Shown piece after piece: positions 16,375 to 24,945 of a DNA stretch of 34,112 nt (position 1 is its first letter; each line of letters starts with the position of its first letter). The DNA is from a virus (taxonomy: Duplodnaviria > Caudoviricetes), in IMG/VR virus record IMGVR_UViG_3300012663_000275, positions 1 through 34,112 of that record. One strand, given 5' to 3'. Below the pieces are notes generated by a model. That model saw only the letters and a program-made list of their open reading frames with translations, was not told the DNA's origin and did no database searches. The position numbers and the translations under genes were made by a program.

Positions 16375-16430
16375 CTCAACAATATTGCATTTTGCGATGC
16401 AATAAATAAACACACAGACAAGGACTAGCA

Positions 16431-16847
16431 ATGACTACAAAGTTTTCACACATCAAAGGATCAGAAGTAGAGTTTAAAGGTGGCGGACTACGCGACTTTT
16501 TCCTATACAAGGATCTTGGCGTAGCAGATGCGACTAACGGTCGCGTCCTAGCGCACATCACCAAGGCTAACTTGCCACCGGAAGGTTCGGGCGGTACAGG
16601 CTGGCACATTCACGTAGCTGAGTTCCAAATTGTTTACATGTTAAAGGGTTGGGCTAAGTTTATGTATGAAGACAAGATCCACTTAGTTGAAGCAGGCGAT
16701 TGTGTACAGCAACGTCCGGGCATTGTTCACTATTTGTATGACTACAGTCCAGACATGGAGTATTTAGAAATCATTACACCAGCTGACTACGGTACAGAAA
16801 TGACCGAAGGGCCTTGCGAAATACCAGCACCTACTCCTTGGGAGTAA
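16431..16847 (+). CDS. Cupin domain protein
   Basis: GWHIH...Q...G and GD....PGIVH cupin motifs. Confidence 0.9.
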   Translation: MTTKFSHIKGSEVEFKGGGLRDFFLYKDLGVADATNGRVLAHITKANLPPEGSGGTGWHIHVAEFQIVYMLKGWAKFMYEDKIHLVEAGDCVQQRPGIVHYLYDYSPDMEYLEIITPADYGTEMTEGPCEIPAPTPWE

Positions 16848-16850
16848 ACA

Positions 16851-17426
16851 TTGAGCCTAGTTTACATTCACGGTGCAAGTGCTACCAGCGAAAGCTTTAA
16901 TTATATTAGAAGCAAACTGGGCAAGGGCATAGACATCAACTACGATAGTCGCAATGGGTTTGAAAATAACCTTAAAGAAATGCAGGCGCAGCTAGCCGGA
17001 GTTGATAACATAGCATTCATAGCACACAGTCTAGGCGGAGTCTATTCGCTGCATTTAGCCAATGCTATTCCAGAGCAAGTTAAAGGTGCAGTTACCTTAA
17101 GCACACCCTATGGCGGTGCTGAAGTAGCAGAATTTGCCAAGTTCTTTTTGCCTTTTAGTCGGTTGATGCGAGACATCGGACCAAGTAGTTGGGCAATGAA
17201 ACAAGCAGGCAATATTAAGATCCAACATCCTTGGACTAATATTGTTACTGTAAAAGGGCAAAGTCCTTTTCTTTTAGAGCACAATGACGGCGTGGTTACC
17301 ATTGCCAGTCAGAAGCATCACAAGGAAATGGAGTTAGTAGAAGTGGATTACAACCACTATGAAGTAGTGCTCAGTGACGAAGTGGTAAAACTCATCAAAG
17401 AACGAGTTAAAAAGTTCAGAAAGTAA
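16851..17426 (+). CDS. Alpha/beta hydrolase (lipase/esterase-like)
   Basis: IHG oxyanion motif, AHSLGG nucleophile elbow, STPYGG, NDGVV, NH. Confidence 0.9.
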   Translation: MSLVYIHGASATSESFNYIRSKLGKGIDINYDSRNGFENNLKEMQAQLAGVDNIAFIAHSLGGVYSLHLANAIPEQVKGAVTLSTPYGGAEVAEFAKFFLPFSRLMRDIGPSSWAMKQAGNIKIQHPWTNIVTVKGQSPFLLEHNDGVVTIASQKHHKEMELVEVDYNHYEVVLSDEVVKLIKERVKKFRK

Positions 17427-17519
17427 GTTGCTTCTTTGCCTCTAGGCATATATACTAGACTAACAGCGAAAAAGAAGTAGTTGTTAGTAATACAGACATT
17501 AAACACACAGGAGATTATT

Positions 17520-17789
17520 ATGTCACAATTTGAAACCCCAAAATTACCAGAAGTAAAATTCAACAAGAACGGATACGAAATCCGCACAGACATTCTAGGC
17601 ATGGCAAAAAGTCTAGTACAAGACGACTTTCACGCTAAATTCCAAGGATGGGAAATGACAGCTACTCGTGATGAGAAGACTGGTCAGATCGTTAATACCG
17701 TACAGATGCCAGCATTTCCAGGACTAGATAAAGTTCTAGAGACAGCTGAAAAAATGTACGCATTTGTTAATGCTGGCGTTAAAAAATAA
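17520..17789 (+). CDS. Hypothetical phage protein (NGYEIR..IL.MAK type)
   Basis: SD AGGAG; start revised to ATG at 17520. Confidence 0.75.
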   Translation: MSQFETPKLPEVKFNKNGYEIRTDILGMAKSLVQDDFHAKFQGWEMTATRDEKTGQIVNTVQMPAFPGLDKVLETAEKMYAFVNAGVKK

Positions 17790-17860
17790 TATTATATTTT
17801 ATTCCCGAGAGGGATGAAGAAATTATATACCCGCATAGCGGCATATTATAGTAAGTAGGT

Positions 17861-17884
17861 AAAAAGGCTCTTCGGAGCCTTTTT
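17861..17884. terminator. Bidirectional intrinsic terminator
   Basis: AAAAAGGCTC-TTCG-GAGCCTTTTT. Confidence 0.9.
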
Positions 17885-17886
17885 AT

Positions 17887-17914
17887 TTGACAATAACAAT
17901 ATAGATGTTATAAT
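17887..17914 (+). promoter_or_regulatory. sigma70 promoter with extended -10
   Basis: TTGACA-16-TATAAT with upstream TG; ATG 6 nt downstream. Confidence 0.75.
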
Positions 17915-17920
17915 AGGAAT

Positions 17921-18133
17921 ATGTTAAACTTTATACTAAAATGGGCAGGTTGTGCTACTGTCTGCGCTGGTGCTCTAGCTACCAGCTTGCGAGTGGATCC
18001 TCTGAACATTTGGTTATTAAACGCCGGTGCGTTGATATACCTTATTTGGTCTATACGAATCAAAGAAGCTAATCTCATTGTAGTCAATGGCATCTTGTTA
18101 GCATTATACATCATAGGACTGTTTTACCAATGA
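17921..18133 (+). CDS. Small 3-TM membrane protein
   Basis: 70 aa with three hydrophobic segments. Confidence 0.7.
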   Translation: MLNFILKWAGCATVCAGALATSLRVDPLNIWLLNAGALIYLIWSIRIKEANLIVVNGILLALYIIGLFYQ

Positions 18134-18714
18134 ACGACAAACTTATACTCACAGATGCCGACGGAGTACTGCTTGACTGGGAGTGGGCATTCTCAGTTTG
18201 GATGAGAGAAAAAGGCTACACAATGACCGAAGGTGCAAAGCGTAGTTACTATCTGCACGAACACTATCATGAACTAGAAGAAAAAGATTCTAAAAAGATT
18301 GTCAAACAATTTAACGAGTCTGCTGCGATTGGATTCTTGCCAGCATTGCGTGATAGTGCTCACTATGTTAAACGCTTGCATGAGAAACACGGGTACACAT
18401 TCCGAGTTATCACTAGCTTGAGTCTAGATAAAAACGCAGGCAAGTTACGTGAAATGAACCTACACAAGATATTTGGTAATGCCATTGAGTCAGTTATTTG
18501 TTTAGACACAGGTGCAGACAAAGACGAAGCACTTGCTCCATACAAAGACAGCGGCATGTGGTGGATCGAAGATAAACCTGAAAATGCAGATGTTGGATAT
18601 AATTTAGGACTAAACAGTATCCTAATAGAACATGGTCATAACATGTACCATAAACCGTCCTACCCTGTTGTTAAGAATTGGCAAGAGATTTATAAACTTA
18701 TTACATCCAAATAA
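18130..18714 (+). CDS. HAD-superfamily phosphatase (5'(3')-deoxyribonucleotidase-like)
   Basis: LTDADGVL motif I, ITS motif II, K, IEDKPEN motif IV. Confidence 0.85.
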   Translation: MNDKLILTDADGVLLDWEWAFSVWMREKGYTMTEGAKRSYYLHEHYHELEEKDSKKIVKQFNESAAIGFLPALRDSAHYVKRLHEKHGYTFRVITSLSLDKNAGKLREMNLHKIFGNAIESVICLDTGADKDEALAPYKDSGMWWIEDKPENADVGYNLGLNSILIEHGHNMYHKPSYPVVKNWQEIYKLITSK

Positions 18715-18736
18715 AAAGCCCCGAAAGGGGCTTTTT
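18713..18736. terminator. Bidirectional intrinsic terminator between convergent units
   Basis: AAAAAGCCCC-GAAA-GGGGCTTTTT. Confidence 0.9.
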
Positions 18737-18743
18737 GTATTAA

Positions 18744-18840
18744 TGCTCACTTCCAGGATTCCCGGTAGCGAATCGGGCCGTCCCGCGCCAGCAGCCGGCG
18801 CACACTTGATAATAACCATAAGGTCCTAAGGTAGTGTGTT
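18744..18840 (-). ncRNA. Candidate structured RNA (multi-stem, possible pseudoknot), family unidentified
   Basis: GC-rich intergenic segment with stems CACACT/AGTGTG, GCGCCGG/CTGGCGC and CCCG/CGGG; loop TTCGCT is complementary to the 3' AGTGAG. Confidence 0.6.
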
Positions 18841-18841
18841 C

Positions 18842-19993
18842 TTATTGTTCTTCCTCTTGTTGGAGTTCGAACGTAAAGTCGTTGAGATCTAAATTAGGAT
18901 GACGTGCTAGAAGTTTTTCTTTTACATCGGCTTTGTTGTCACCTTGTATGCGAGCAACTCTACCAGACTCTGTATGAGTAACTACCCATGTGCCTGCTCC
19001 GTCAACTTCGTCAGTGGCTGTCGGTTCTGGAGCATCACTGTTTGCTGCCTGTGGATACTTGCTCTTGATCATATCGATCTCATGTGCAACATCGTATCCA
19101 ACACCGCCGGTAATTGACTTTGACTGTTCATTAATTTCAGCTGAGTTAGCTTGGATTGCGGCAATGATCTTTTTCATTAGTCCCGGAAACAGTTGTGCAA
19201 ACCGTTCGTCATTATAGGATCTATCGTGCCTGCGGTCTTGATCGCCTCGTACAATTTGATTAGTTGCTGCATGGAATTGCCATTTGCCGTCAACTGAATC
19301 AATGTTTGCTTTGTCTGTGATGTTAACGATCATGCCGTTTGGAGCATAGCGTTCAAACCAATCATGTCCACTTGACGAACTAGTACAGAAGTTAGGAATA
19401 TATCCTTCGCCTCTGTCATTTGAATAGCAAGAACCAAAGTTAAATGGAACCATTACTCGAAAACGTTCGTCGTCAATGACGTTAATTTGTTTTGCTTCGC
19501 GCTTTAATTTTTCAATCTTTTCAGCATCTTTGATACGAGATAGTTTATCTCGATAGTCTCTATCATTACGAATACGTTGTAGTTGTTTAATGCTTTTGAA
19601 CTTGTTGAAGTCTTGATCAGCTGGCTTTAATAAGCCGCGAGTGCTTAGTGCTTTCCATACGCCAAGTGCATCACCGCCTTCGCCGTTGATATCTTCGTAG
19701 TCAGCAACACCATTGATGTATTGACGTAGTAACCACTCATCAAACTTGCTGTCTGCGCTTAGGTCGCCGTAGTCGTTTTGACTTAGTGTGTCGTCAATCA
19801 ACTTGCCCCATAGTTTAACCACAGCTTCATCTTCTGGGTTTGGACCTAGTTGTGCAATTAAATGCCTTGGTATAGTACTGTCGTGTGTAAAAGCAATTCT
19901 AAGCTGTTTCATAGCCTTAGGATCTTTTACTCTAGCAGCAATATTTGATTCTCTGAGCTGCTTGATTGATGGGTCTAAATGATCTAGTTTCAT
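18842..19993 (-). CDS. Hypothetical protein, 383 aa, probable internal virion protein
   Basis: MKLDHL...LRE-S leader; NFCTSSSSG motif. Confidence 0.8.
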   Translation of the reverse strand: MKLDHLDPSIKQLRESNIAARVKDPKAMKQLRIAFTHDSTIPRHLIAQLGPNPEDEAVVKLWGKLIDDTLSQNDYGDLSADSKFDEWLLRQYINGVADYEDINGEGGDALGVWKALSTRGLLKPADQDFNKFKSIKQLQRIRNDRDYRDKLSRIKDAEKIEKLKREAKQINVIDDERFRVMVPFNFGSCYSNDRGEGYIPNFCTSSSSGHDWFERYAPNGMIVNITDKANIDSVDGKWQFHAATNQIVRGDQDRRHDRSYNDERFAQLFPGLMKKIIAAIQANSAEINEQSKSITGGVGYDVAHEIDMIKSKYPQAANSDAPEPTATDEVDGAGTWVVTHTESGRVARIQGDNKADVKEKLLARHPNLDLNDFTFELQQEEEQ

Positions 19994-20853
19994 CCTGAAA
20001 TCAAACTCCTCTTAAAGAATGCTAGGACTGTCCCTAGTTTTTTTGTATCACCGGTGGCAATATCGTTTAATAATTTTTTAGGACCAGCTTCGTTATTACT
20101 GCTATAATTTCTACCATAATTCTTTCTAATTTCGCCGGTGTCGTCTGGATAATAATGATGTGCTGCCATTAGAATACCAAGGTTTACTGAATTCTCAATA
20201 AAGTCTGGAGTGCCTGAACCTTGTTCAACTTGATCAATGCCGCTTTCTAATTGTTCTAACTGCGATAGTTTTTTCTTGGCTTTTTCAAATGCATCGTTCT
20301 TGATCATTGTAACAACAATGCCCTTGATATCAGCGTGTGCTGCGGTCATTGCTCTTAGCCACATTGGCTTAAACTTTTCCATTAGCGCATATTTGTCCAT
20401 GCCCTTGCCTTGTGCTACGGCATTTCTTTCTTTGCGATCGCCTTGTTTTGTTCTAACTGCGTTAGTAGCTGCACCTGCATAGAAGCTACGAAGTCCGCCA
20501 ATCTTACCTTTAAGAAAATCTAAGATGTTGCCACCTCGATCGTTGCTGAATTCTTCTACACCTTGACCTGTGCTGGCAAATGCCTTGTAAGCGCCGCTGG
20601 TTGCTTTGATTGCCCCAACGCCCTTGTCACCTTTGATAATAACCCACTTACCATAGGAGCTGTCTTTTAATTCACTCCAAGAAATCTTACCAATGTCTTG
20701 ATATGATTGATCGTGTTCTAAGCCAACGGTGTGTAATTTCTTTACTACTTCTTGTCCGCCCGGCACAGATCTAACCATGTCCATGGCAGTACTCGATTCA
20801 GCAATGATAGATTCACAAAGGGCTGCAAATTCTGTATATACTTGTTTTGTCAT
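19990..20853 (-). CDS. Hypothetical protein, 287 aa, probable internal virion protein
   Basis: TAAATA at 20860-20865; EFAALCESIIAE-S leader. Confidence 0.8.
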   Translation of the reverse strand: MTKQVYTEFAALCESIIAESSTAMDMVRSVPGGQEVVKKLHTVGLEHDQSYQDIGKISWSELKDSSYGKWVIIKGDKGVGAIKATSGAYKAFASTGQGVEEFSNDRGGNILDFLKGKIGGLRSFYAGAATNAVRTKQGDRKERNAVAQGKGMDKYALMEKFKPMWLRAMTAAHADIKGIVVTMIKNDAFEKAKKKLSQLEQLESGIDQVEQGSGTPDFIENSVNLGILMAAHHYYPDDTGEIRKNYGRNYSSNNEAGPKKLLNDIATGDTKKLGTVLAFFKRSLISG

Positions 20854-20862
20854 AATTGATAT

Positions 20863-21675
20863 TTATCGTTCAAGTCTACGCTGGTTGGCTGTCTGGATAC
20901 TATCCTGCTCTGGCCAGCTATAAATGTAGTTACCAAACTGATCACGAACTAATAACCAACGAATACCTGCTGCTGAGTATTGTTTAATGTCTGCTGTGTA
21001 ACCGGGAATACTGTTATCAAAGTCAATGTCGCCTGTGGCCACATCGTCTGCGTTGGCTCTTAGCCAACTTGCCACTGCATTAACTTCAGCTGTGGAGTTA
21101 GGACCTTGTCCGTTGACATTGCCAATCATTTGAATGTCATTGGTATTGGTGCTTGTGAAACTACGGAATAATTGTTTACCTAGTGTGCGAATAGCACGAC
21201 TCATGTTGCCAGGTAAGTTGCTGACCTTGTGCCAATCAGGATTACTTGTACCTGCTGCTTGAAGAGCCTGTCCTGCTACTGCTGGTAAATTGTCTGTGGT
21301 CACATCAGTGGTCAAGTCAGTGCCCATCTCTGGTTCTGGATAACCATCATCCTCATCATCAGTTTCGATATCGCGCATACGATTGAGCATGTTGCGCATG
21401 TCGTCACTGGGTGTAATTCTACCTGCGGCTCTTTGTGTGTCACCTTGACTGGCTGTACGGCCTCTCGGATCATCGCGTTGCGGTTCGTCACGTGGACGAT
21501 CTTGTTCTGGCTCTGGTCTAGTAGTTAATGGCTGATCAGCCTTAGGAGCAAATAGATCATCAAGACCGGACCAATCGTCCTCTTTGTCTTTGGTTGGTTT
21601 TGAACGCTTGGGCTCGTCATCCGCGGCCTGTTGCGGACGAGTTGCTTCTTTTAGATAATCTCTAAAGGATTTCAT
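20863..21675 (-). CDS. Hypothetical internal head protein with T4 capsid-targeting-like leader
   Basis: Start revised to 21675 (ATGA overlap); MKSFRDYLKE-A resembles the T4 IP leader MKTYQEFIAE. Confidence 0.8.
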   Translation of the reverse strand: MKSFRDYLKEATRPQQAADDEPKRSKPTKDKEDDWSGLDDLFAPKADQPLTTRPEPEQDRPRDEPQRDDPRGRTASQGDTQRAAGRITPSDDMRNMLNRMRDIETDDEDDGYPEPEMGTDLTTDVTTDNLPAVAGQALQAAGTSNPDWHKVSNLPGNMSRAIRTLGKQLFRSFTSTNTNDIQMIGNVNGQGPNSTAEVNAVASWLRANADDVATGDIDFDNSIPGYTADIKQYSAAGIRWLLVRDQFGNYIYSWPEQDSIQTANQRRLER

Positions 21676-22451
21676 TGTAGGCTGCTCCACAGTGTTAGAT
21701 CAACTGGATCTGTTTCAATGTGTTGTAACTGTGCTGGAAGCTGCGGGTGAAAGTTTAAACCTGTATACTTTTCGATAGTTGCAACATTGACTGCATACTT
21801 TGGTAAGTCTTTAACTGGTAGCGGAGCATTAGGAAACATAAATGCAATGGCCTTTGCTGACTTACGATCAACAATAACTTTCCACATGTGTGTCGGAATA
21901 CCTACACGACCCTGCCCAATTGTTTGATAGCCTTGGCTATAAACTGTGCCAGTAACAACATAAATGTCTTTGCCTTCTAGGACCCAGTTACGAACTGCTG
22001 TTTCTAGTTGTTTCCAAATACCACGATTGTGATTAGGAACTTGCGGAACCATGTTGCTTAAGAAAAAGCTTTCGCTCATTATGGCGTCGTTCTGAGTGTT
22101 GTCAGCGCCCGGACTAAGGTGTCCGCGGTCATATGGAAACCCAGCGTAATCTGCCAGTGTCGATTGATGTTGCTTTGGTATACTGGGATCAGGCCTAAAG
22201 TCATCTTTTCTTTTTGCTGGACCGGTAATACTTTCTCTTGTGATGTGTTCAAGTACATACTCTGCTGTCTTTGTATCATATCTGTAGTGGATGGCATAGT
22301 TTTGTTTACAAAGATACTGCGTGGTACCCGGCTGTAATTGACTTACAGGGGCGCCACGCAGGGCAAATTGCGGACATGCATCATCGATTGGATTTGCTAG
22401 TGCTAGTGTTGATACTAAGAGTGTTGCTATTACTACGTAAATTTTATTCAT
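21672..22451 (-). CDS. Secreted DNA/RNA non-specific endonuclease (NucA/EndoG family)
   Basis: DRGH active site, SNMVPQ...NRGIW..LE; signal peptide MNKIYVVIATLLVSTLALA. Confidence 0.93.
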   Translation of the reverse strand: MNKIYVVIATLLVSTLALANPIDDACPQFALRGAPVSQLQPGTTQYLCKQNYAIHYRYDTKTAEYVLEHITRESITGPAKRKDDFRPDPSIPKQHQSTLADYAGFPYDRGHLSPGADNTQNDAIMSESFFLSNMVPQVPNHNRGIWKQLETAVRNWVLEGKDIYVVTGTVYSQGYQTIGQGRVGIPTHMWKVIVDRKSAKAIAFMFPNAPLPVKDLPKYAVNVATIEKYTGLNFHPQLPAQLQHIETDPVDLTLWSSLQ

Positions 22452-22452
22452 A

Positions 22453-23091
22453 TTATTCCCATATAACCATTTTAAAGCGTTCTTTACTGATTCCAAAGTA
22501 GTTACACTTCCAATCGCTTTGTGCGAAGAAATCCAAGTGATGCCATTCGTGTTTGTATTTAAGCAAATATGCTGCCGCTTCGTTCCAATCGATCGCTGCT
22601 AGTATGGGCTCAATTGATTCTTTAACTGCGCATATTTCTTCGTAGTTAAATCCATCGTATTCCCAATGCAGGACTTCAAATGCGTTGCCCTTGCGATCTA
22701 CATAGTCCATGCTAAAGTCTAAACCCCACTTTGGACGCATTGCTATTAGTTTATGCATTAGTGGTAAAGATTTAGCCCAGTACTGCAATTGTTCTAGGGC
22801 AGCACCATTGTAGGCTTTACGTTCAAATAATAGACTGTGATTAAGAATAGCGCCTTCATTGGGCGGCTGTTTTTGTATAAACCAATCATACTTTAGGGCA
22901 TGAATGTGATCGCGATGTGATTTAGGTTTAGCAAAGTTGCTGTAGGCAAAATGCTTTTCTAATTGTGTTAGGTCGTAGCCGTTTTGATCAAATAACGTTA
23001 GGTCTTCGGCTGTGGGGATGTACAGTATCTTTTCTACGGGGTTAGACCAATAACCATTAGTGTCCAGCTGATTATTAGTCAGTGTGACCAT
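22453..23091 (-). CDS. Hypothetical protein, 212 aa
   Basis: Long ORF tightly packed in operon; aromatic-rich. Confidence 0.8.
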   Translation of the reverse strand: MVTLTNNQLDTNGYWSNPVEKILYIPTAEDLTLFDQNGYDLTQLEKHFAYSNFAKPKSHRDHIHALKYDWFIQKQPPNEGAILNHSLLFERKAYNGAALEQLQYWAKSLPLMHKLIAMRPKWGLDFSMDYVDRKGNAFEVLHWEYDGFNYEEICAVKESIEPILAAIDWNEAAAYLLKYKHEWHHLDFFAQSDWKCNYFGISKERFKMVIWE

Positions 23092-23092
23092 T

Positions 23093-23494
23093 TTATTTTA
23101 CAATAGGTCCACCAGTGATCCATAGTTGGCAACTACGTGTACCGGCGCATTTAAAATGCAACAAATTGCAGTAGCCTAGATCAGCAGCTTCACGAGTCTT
23201 TTCGGCTTCATAGGCTTCCTTACCCATGCCATCTTCCATGCACTTGTACATAGCATCTGTGATATTAAAAGCTGCACAGTTGGCACACTGCATGGTCTTA
23301 GCGGTCTTTTCGTCAATGCCCCATTGCTTGGCTGCGACTTTCCAATATGAGCCTGGCTCATCAGGATTGGCAGGACCGTAGTGATGCTTGTCTATGGCCG
23401 TTTGTCTATTTTTAACATTCACGTCTAAGTCGTGTGTGGCAATAGGACAGCCTTTGTTGGCTGCTTCTACGATGTTGATATATTTTCTGTACAT
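23093..23494 (-). CDS. Cys-rich protein with HiPIP-like CxxC...C...CxxW arrangement
   Basis: QCANCAAF...GYCNLLHFKCAGTRSCQLW; leader MYRKYINIVE-A. Confidence 0.6.
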   Translation of the reverse strand: MYRKYINIVEAANKGCPIATHDLDVNVKNRQTAIDKHHYGPANPDEPGSYWKVAAKQWGIDEKTAKTMQCANCAAFNITDAMYKCMEDGMGKEAYEAEKTREAADLGYCNLLHFKCAGTRSCQLWITGGPIVK

Positions 23495-23499
23495 GTTGT

Positions 23500-23712
23500 T
23501 TATGCAGACGTTGTCCAAGGACGGCCTTGTACTAGACCACCCGAGTTGGCATTATCAACTATGGTATTGTCATCGTATTGTGTAGGCAACTGTGTGATAT
23601 CGTAGGTTGCTCTAGCATTACCTACCGCAGCACGATTTGTAGCTGCTAGATCTAGTTTAGCCTTTTGTTTAAGTTCTTTTGTTGCCAGTGTTGATATTCC
23701 GTTTGCGGCCAT
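23500..23712 (-). CDS. Small late protein, 70 aa
   Basis: SD GGAGA; TAAATA at 23731-23736. Confidence 0.75.
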   Translation of the reverse strand: MAANGISTLATKELKQKAKLDLAATNRAAVGNARATYDITQLPTQYDDNTIVDNANSGGLVQGRPWTTSA

Positions 23713-23730
23713 TATTTGTCTCCGATATGA

Positions 23731-23744
23731 TATTTAGTTAAATA
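23731..23744. promoter_or_regulatory. Back-to-back TAAATA late promoters
   Basis: TATTTA-GT-TAAATA between divergent genes. Confidence 0.65.
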
Positions 23745-23751
23745 CTCGACT

Positions 23752-24945
23752 ATGATAAACAAAGAACCTTTTAAACATCTAATCAAAGATCTTAAAGACT
23801 CGGGCAAATATCGCGTTTTTAACGATATCATCCGTGAGCGCGGCGATTTTCCAAGAGCAATCTGGTACGGTCCTTATAATATTAAAACTATAACAAATTG
23901 GTGCAGCAACGACTACTTGGGCATGGGTCAGCACAAAGTTGTTCTAGATGCCATGCACACTGCCCTAGACATGACTGGTGCGGGTTCAGGTGGTACTCGC
24001 AACATTGCAGGCACTAGTCATTATCACGTAGCCCTGGAGCATGAGCTTGCCATGCTACACAGCAAACCAAAGGCATTGTTATTCAGTTCGGCTTATGTGG
24101 CCAACGAATGGACATTAATTGCATTATCTAAAATAATTCCTAACATACAGTTTATCTCAGACGAAAACAATCATAACAGTTTGATTGTAGGTATTAGCCA
24201 TAGTCGTGCGGCCAAGTCAATCTTTAAACACAACGACATGCAAGACCTAGAAGACAAGTTAAGCAATGCTCAACTTGTTGGACATACTCCTTGCATTGTC
24301 TTTGAAAGTGTTTACTCCATGGACGGCGACGTTGGTAAGATACGAGAGATTTGTGATCTAGCGGACAGATACGGTGCCATCACATACATCGACGAAGTAC
24401 ATGCGGTAGGACTTTATGGAACCCACGGTGGTGGGAAAGTTGAAGAGCTAGGGCTAGAATCTCGTATTGACATAGTCAATGGTACATTAGGGAAAGCCTA
24501 TGGAGTCCAAGGCGGCTATATTGCTGCTGATGCAGATGTAGTTGATGCCATTCGTTCTGTTGCCGCTGGATTTATATTCACCACGAGTATGAGTCCAGTG
24601 AGTTGTGCCGGTGCACTTGCTGCTGTTAAGTATCTCAAAGAACACAACGAACTTAGGGATCAACATCAAGAACGTTCTCGTAAGCTCAAACATCGTTTAA
24701 CCAAAGCAGGTATTCCTGTCATGGAATGTTCAACTACTCACATTGTTCCTGTGTTTGTAGGCAATGCCAAGAAAGCCAAGGCCATGAGTGACACTCTGTT
24801 AAACGAGCATAACATCTACGTACAGGCCATTAACTATCCTACGGTTGATGTGGGAACGGAGCGGTTACGTTTTGCACCTACTCCGTTTCATGACGATGGG
24901 ATGATCGAAAATCTAATCGTTGCGCTTAAGGCCGTTTATCAATAA
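23752..24945 (+). CDS. hemA: 5-aminolevulinate synthase (PLP-dependent, C4/Shemin pathway)
   Basis: [51 protein letters not shown] (PLP Lys), [22 protein letters not shown]. Confidence 0.93.
   Translation: MINKEPFKHLIKDLKDSGKYRVFNDIIRERGDFPRAIWYGPYNIKTITNWCSNDYLGMGQHKVVLDAMHTALDMTGAGSGGTRNIAGTSHYHVALEHELAMLHSKPKALLFSSAYVANEWTLIALSKIIPNIQFISDENNHNSLIVGISHSRAAKSIFKHNDMQDLEDKLSNAQLVGHTPCIVFESVYSMDGDVGKIREICDLADRYGAITYIDEVHAVGLYGTHGGGKVEELGLESRIDIVNGTLGKAYGVQGGYIAADADVVDAIRSVAAGFIFTTSMSPVSCAGALAAVKYLKEHNELRDQHQERSRKLKHRLTKAGIPVMECSTTHIVPVFVGNAKKAKAMSDTLLNEHNIYVQAINYPTVDVGTERLRFAPTPFHDDGMIENLIVALKAVYQ

Noticed and set aside
17790-17860. Two mini-hairpins (TCCC-GAGA-GGGA, CCGC-ATA-GCGG) in a 3' UTR
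   Set aside because: 4-bp stems are too weak to support an ncRNA call without comparative data
18622-18829. Two 65-aa ORFs on opposite strands
   Set aside because: They span a terminator and the structured RNA candidate, with no SD or protein-like features
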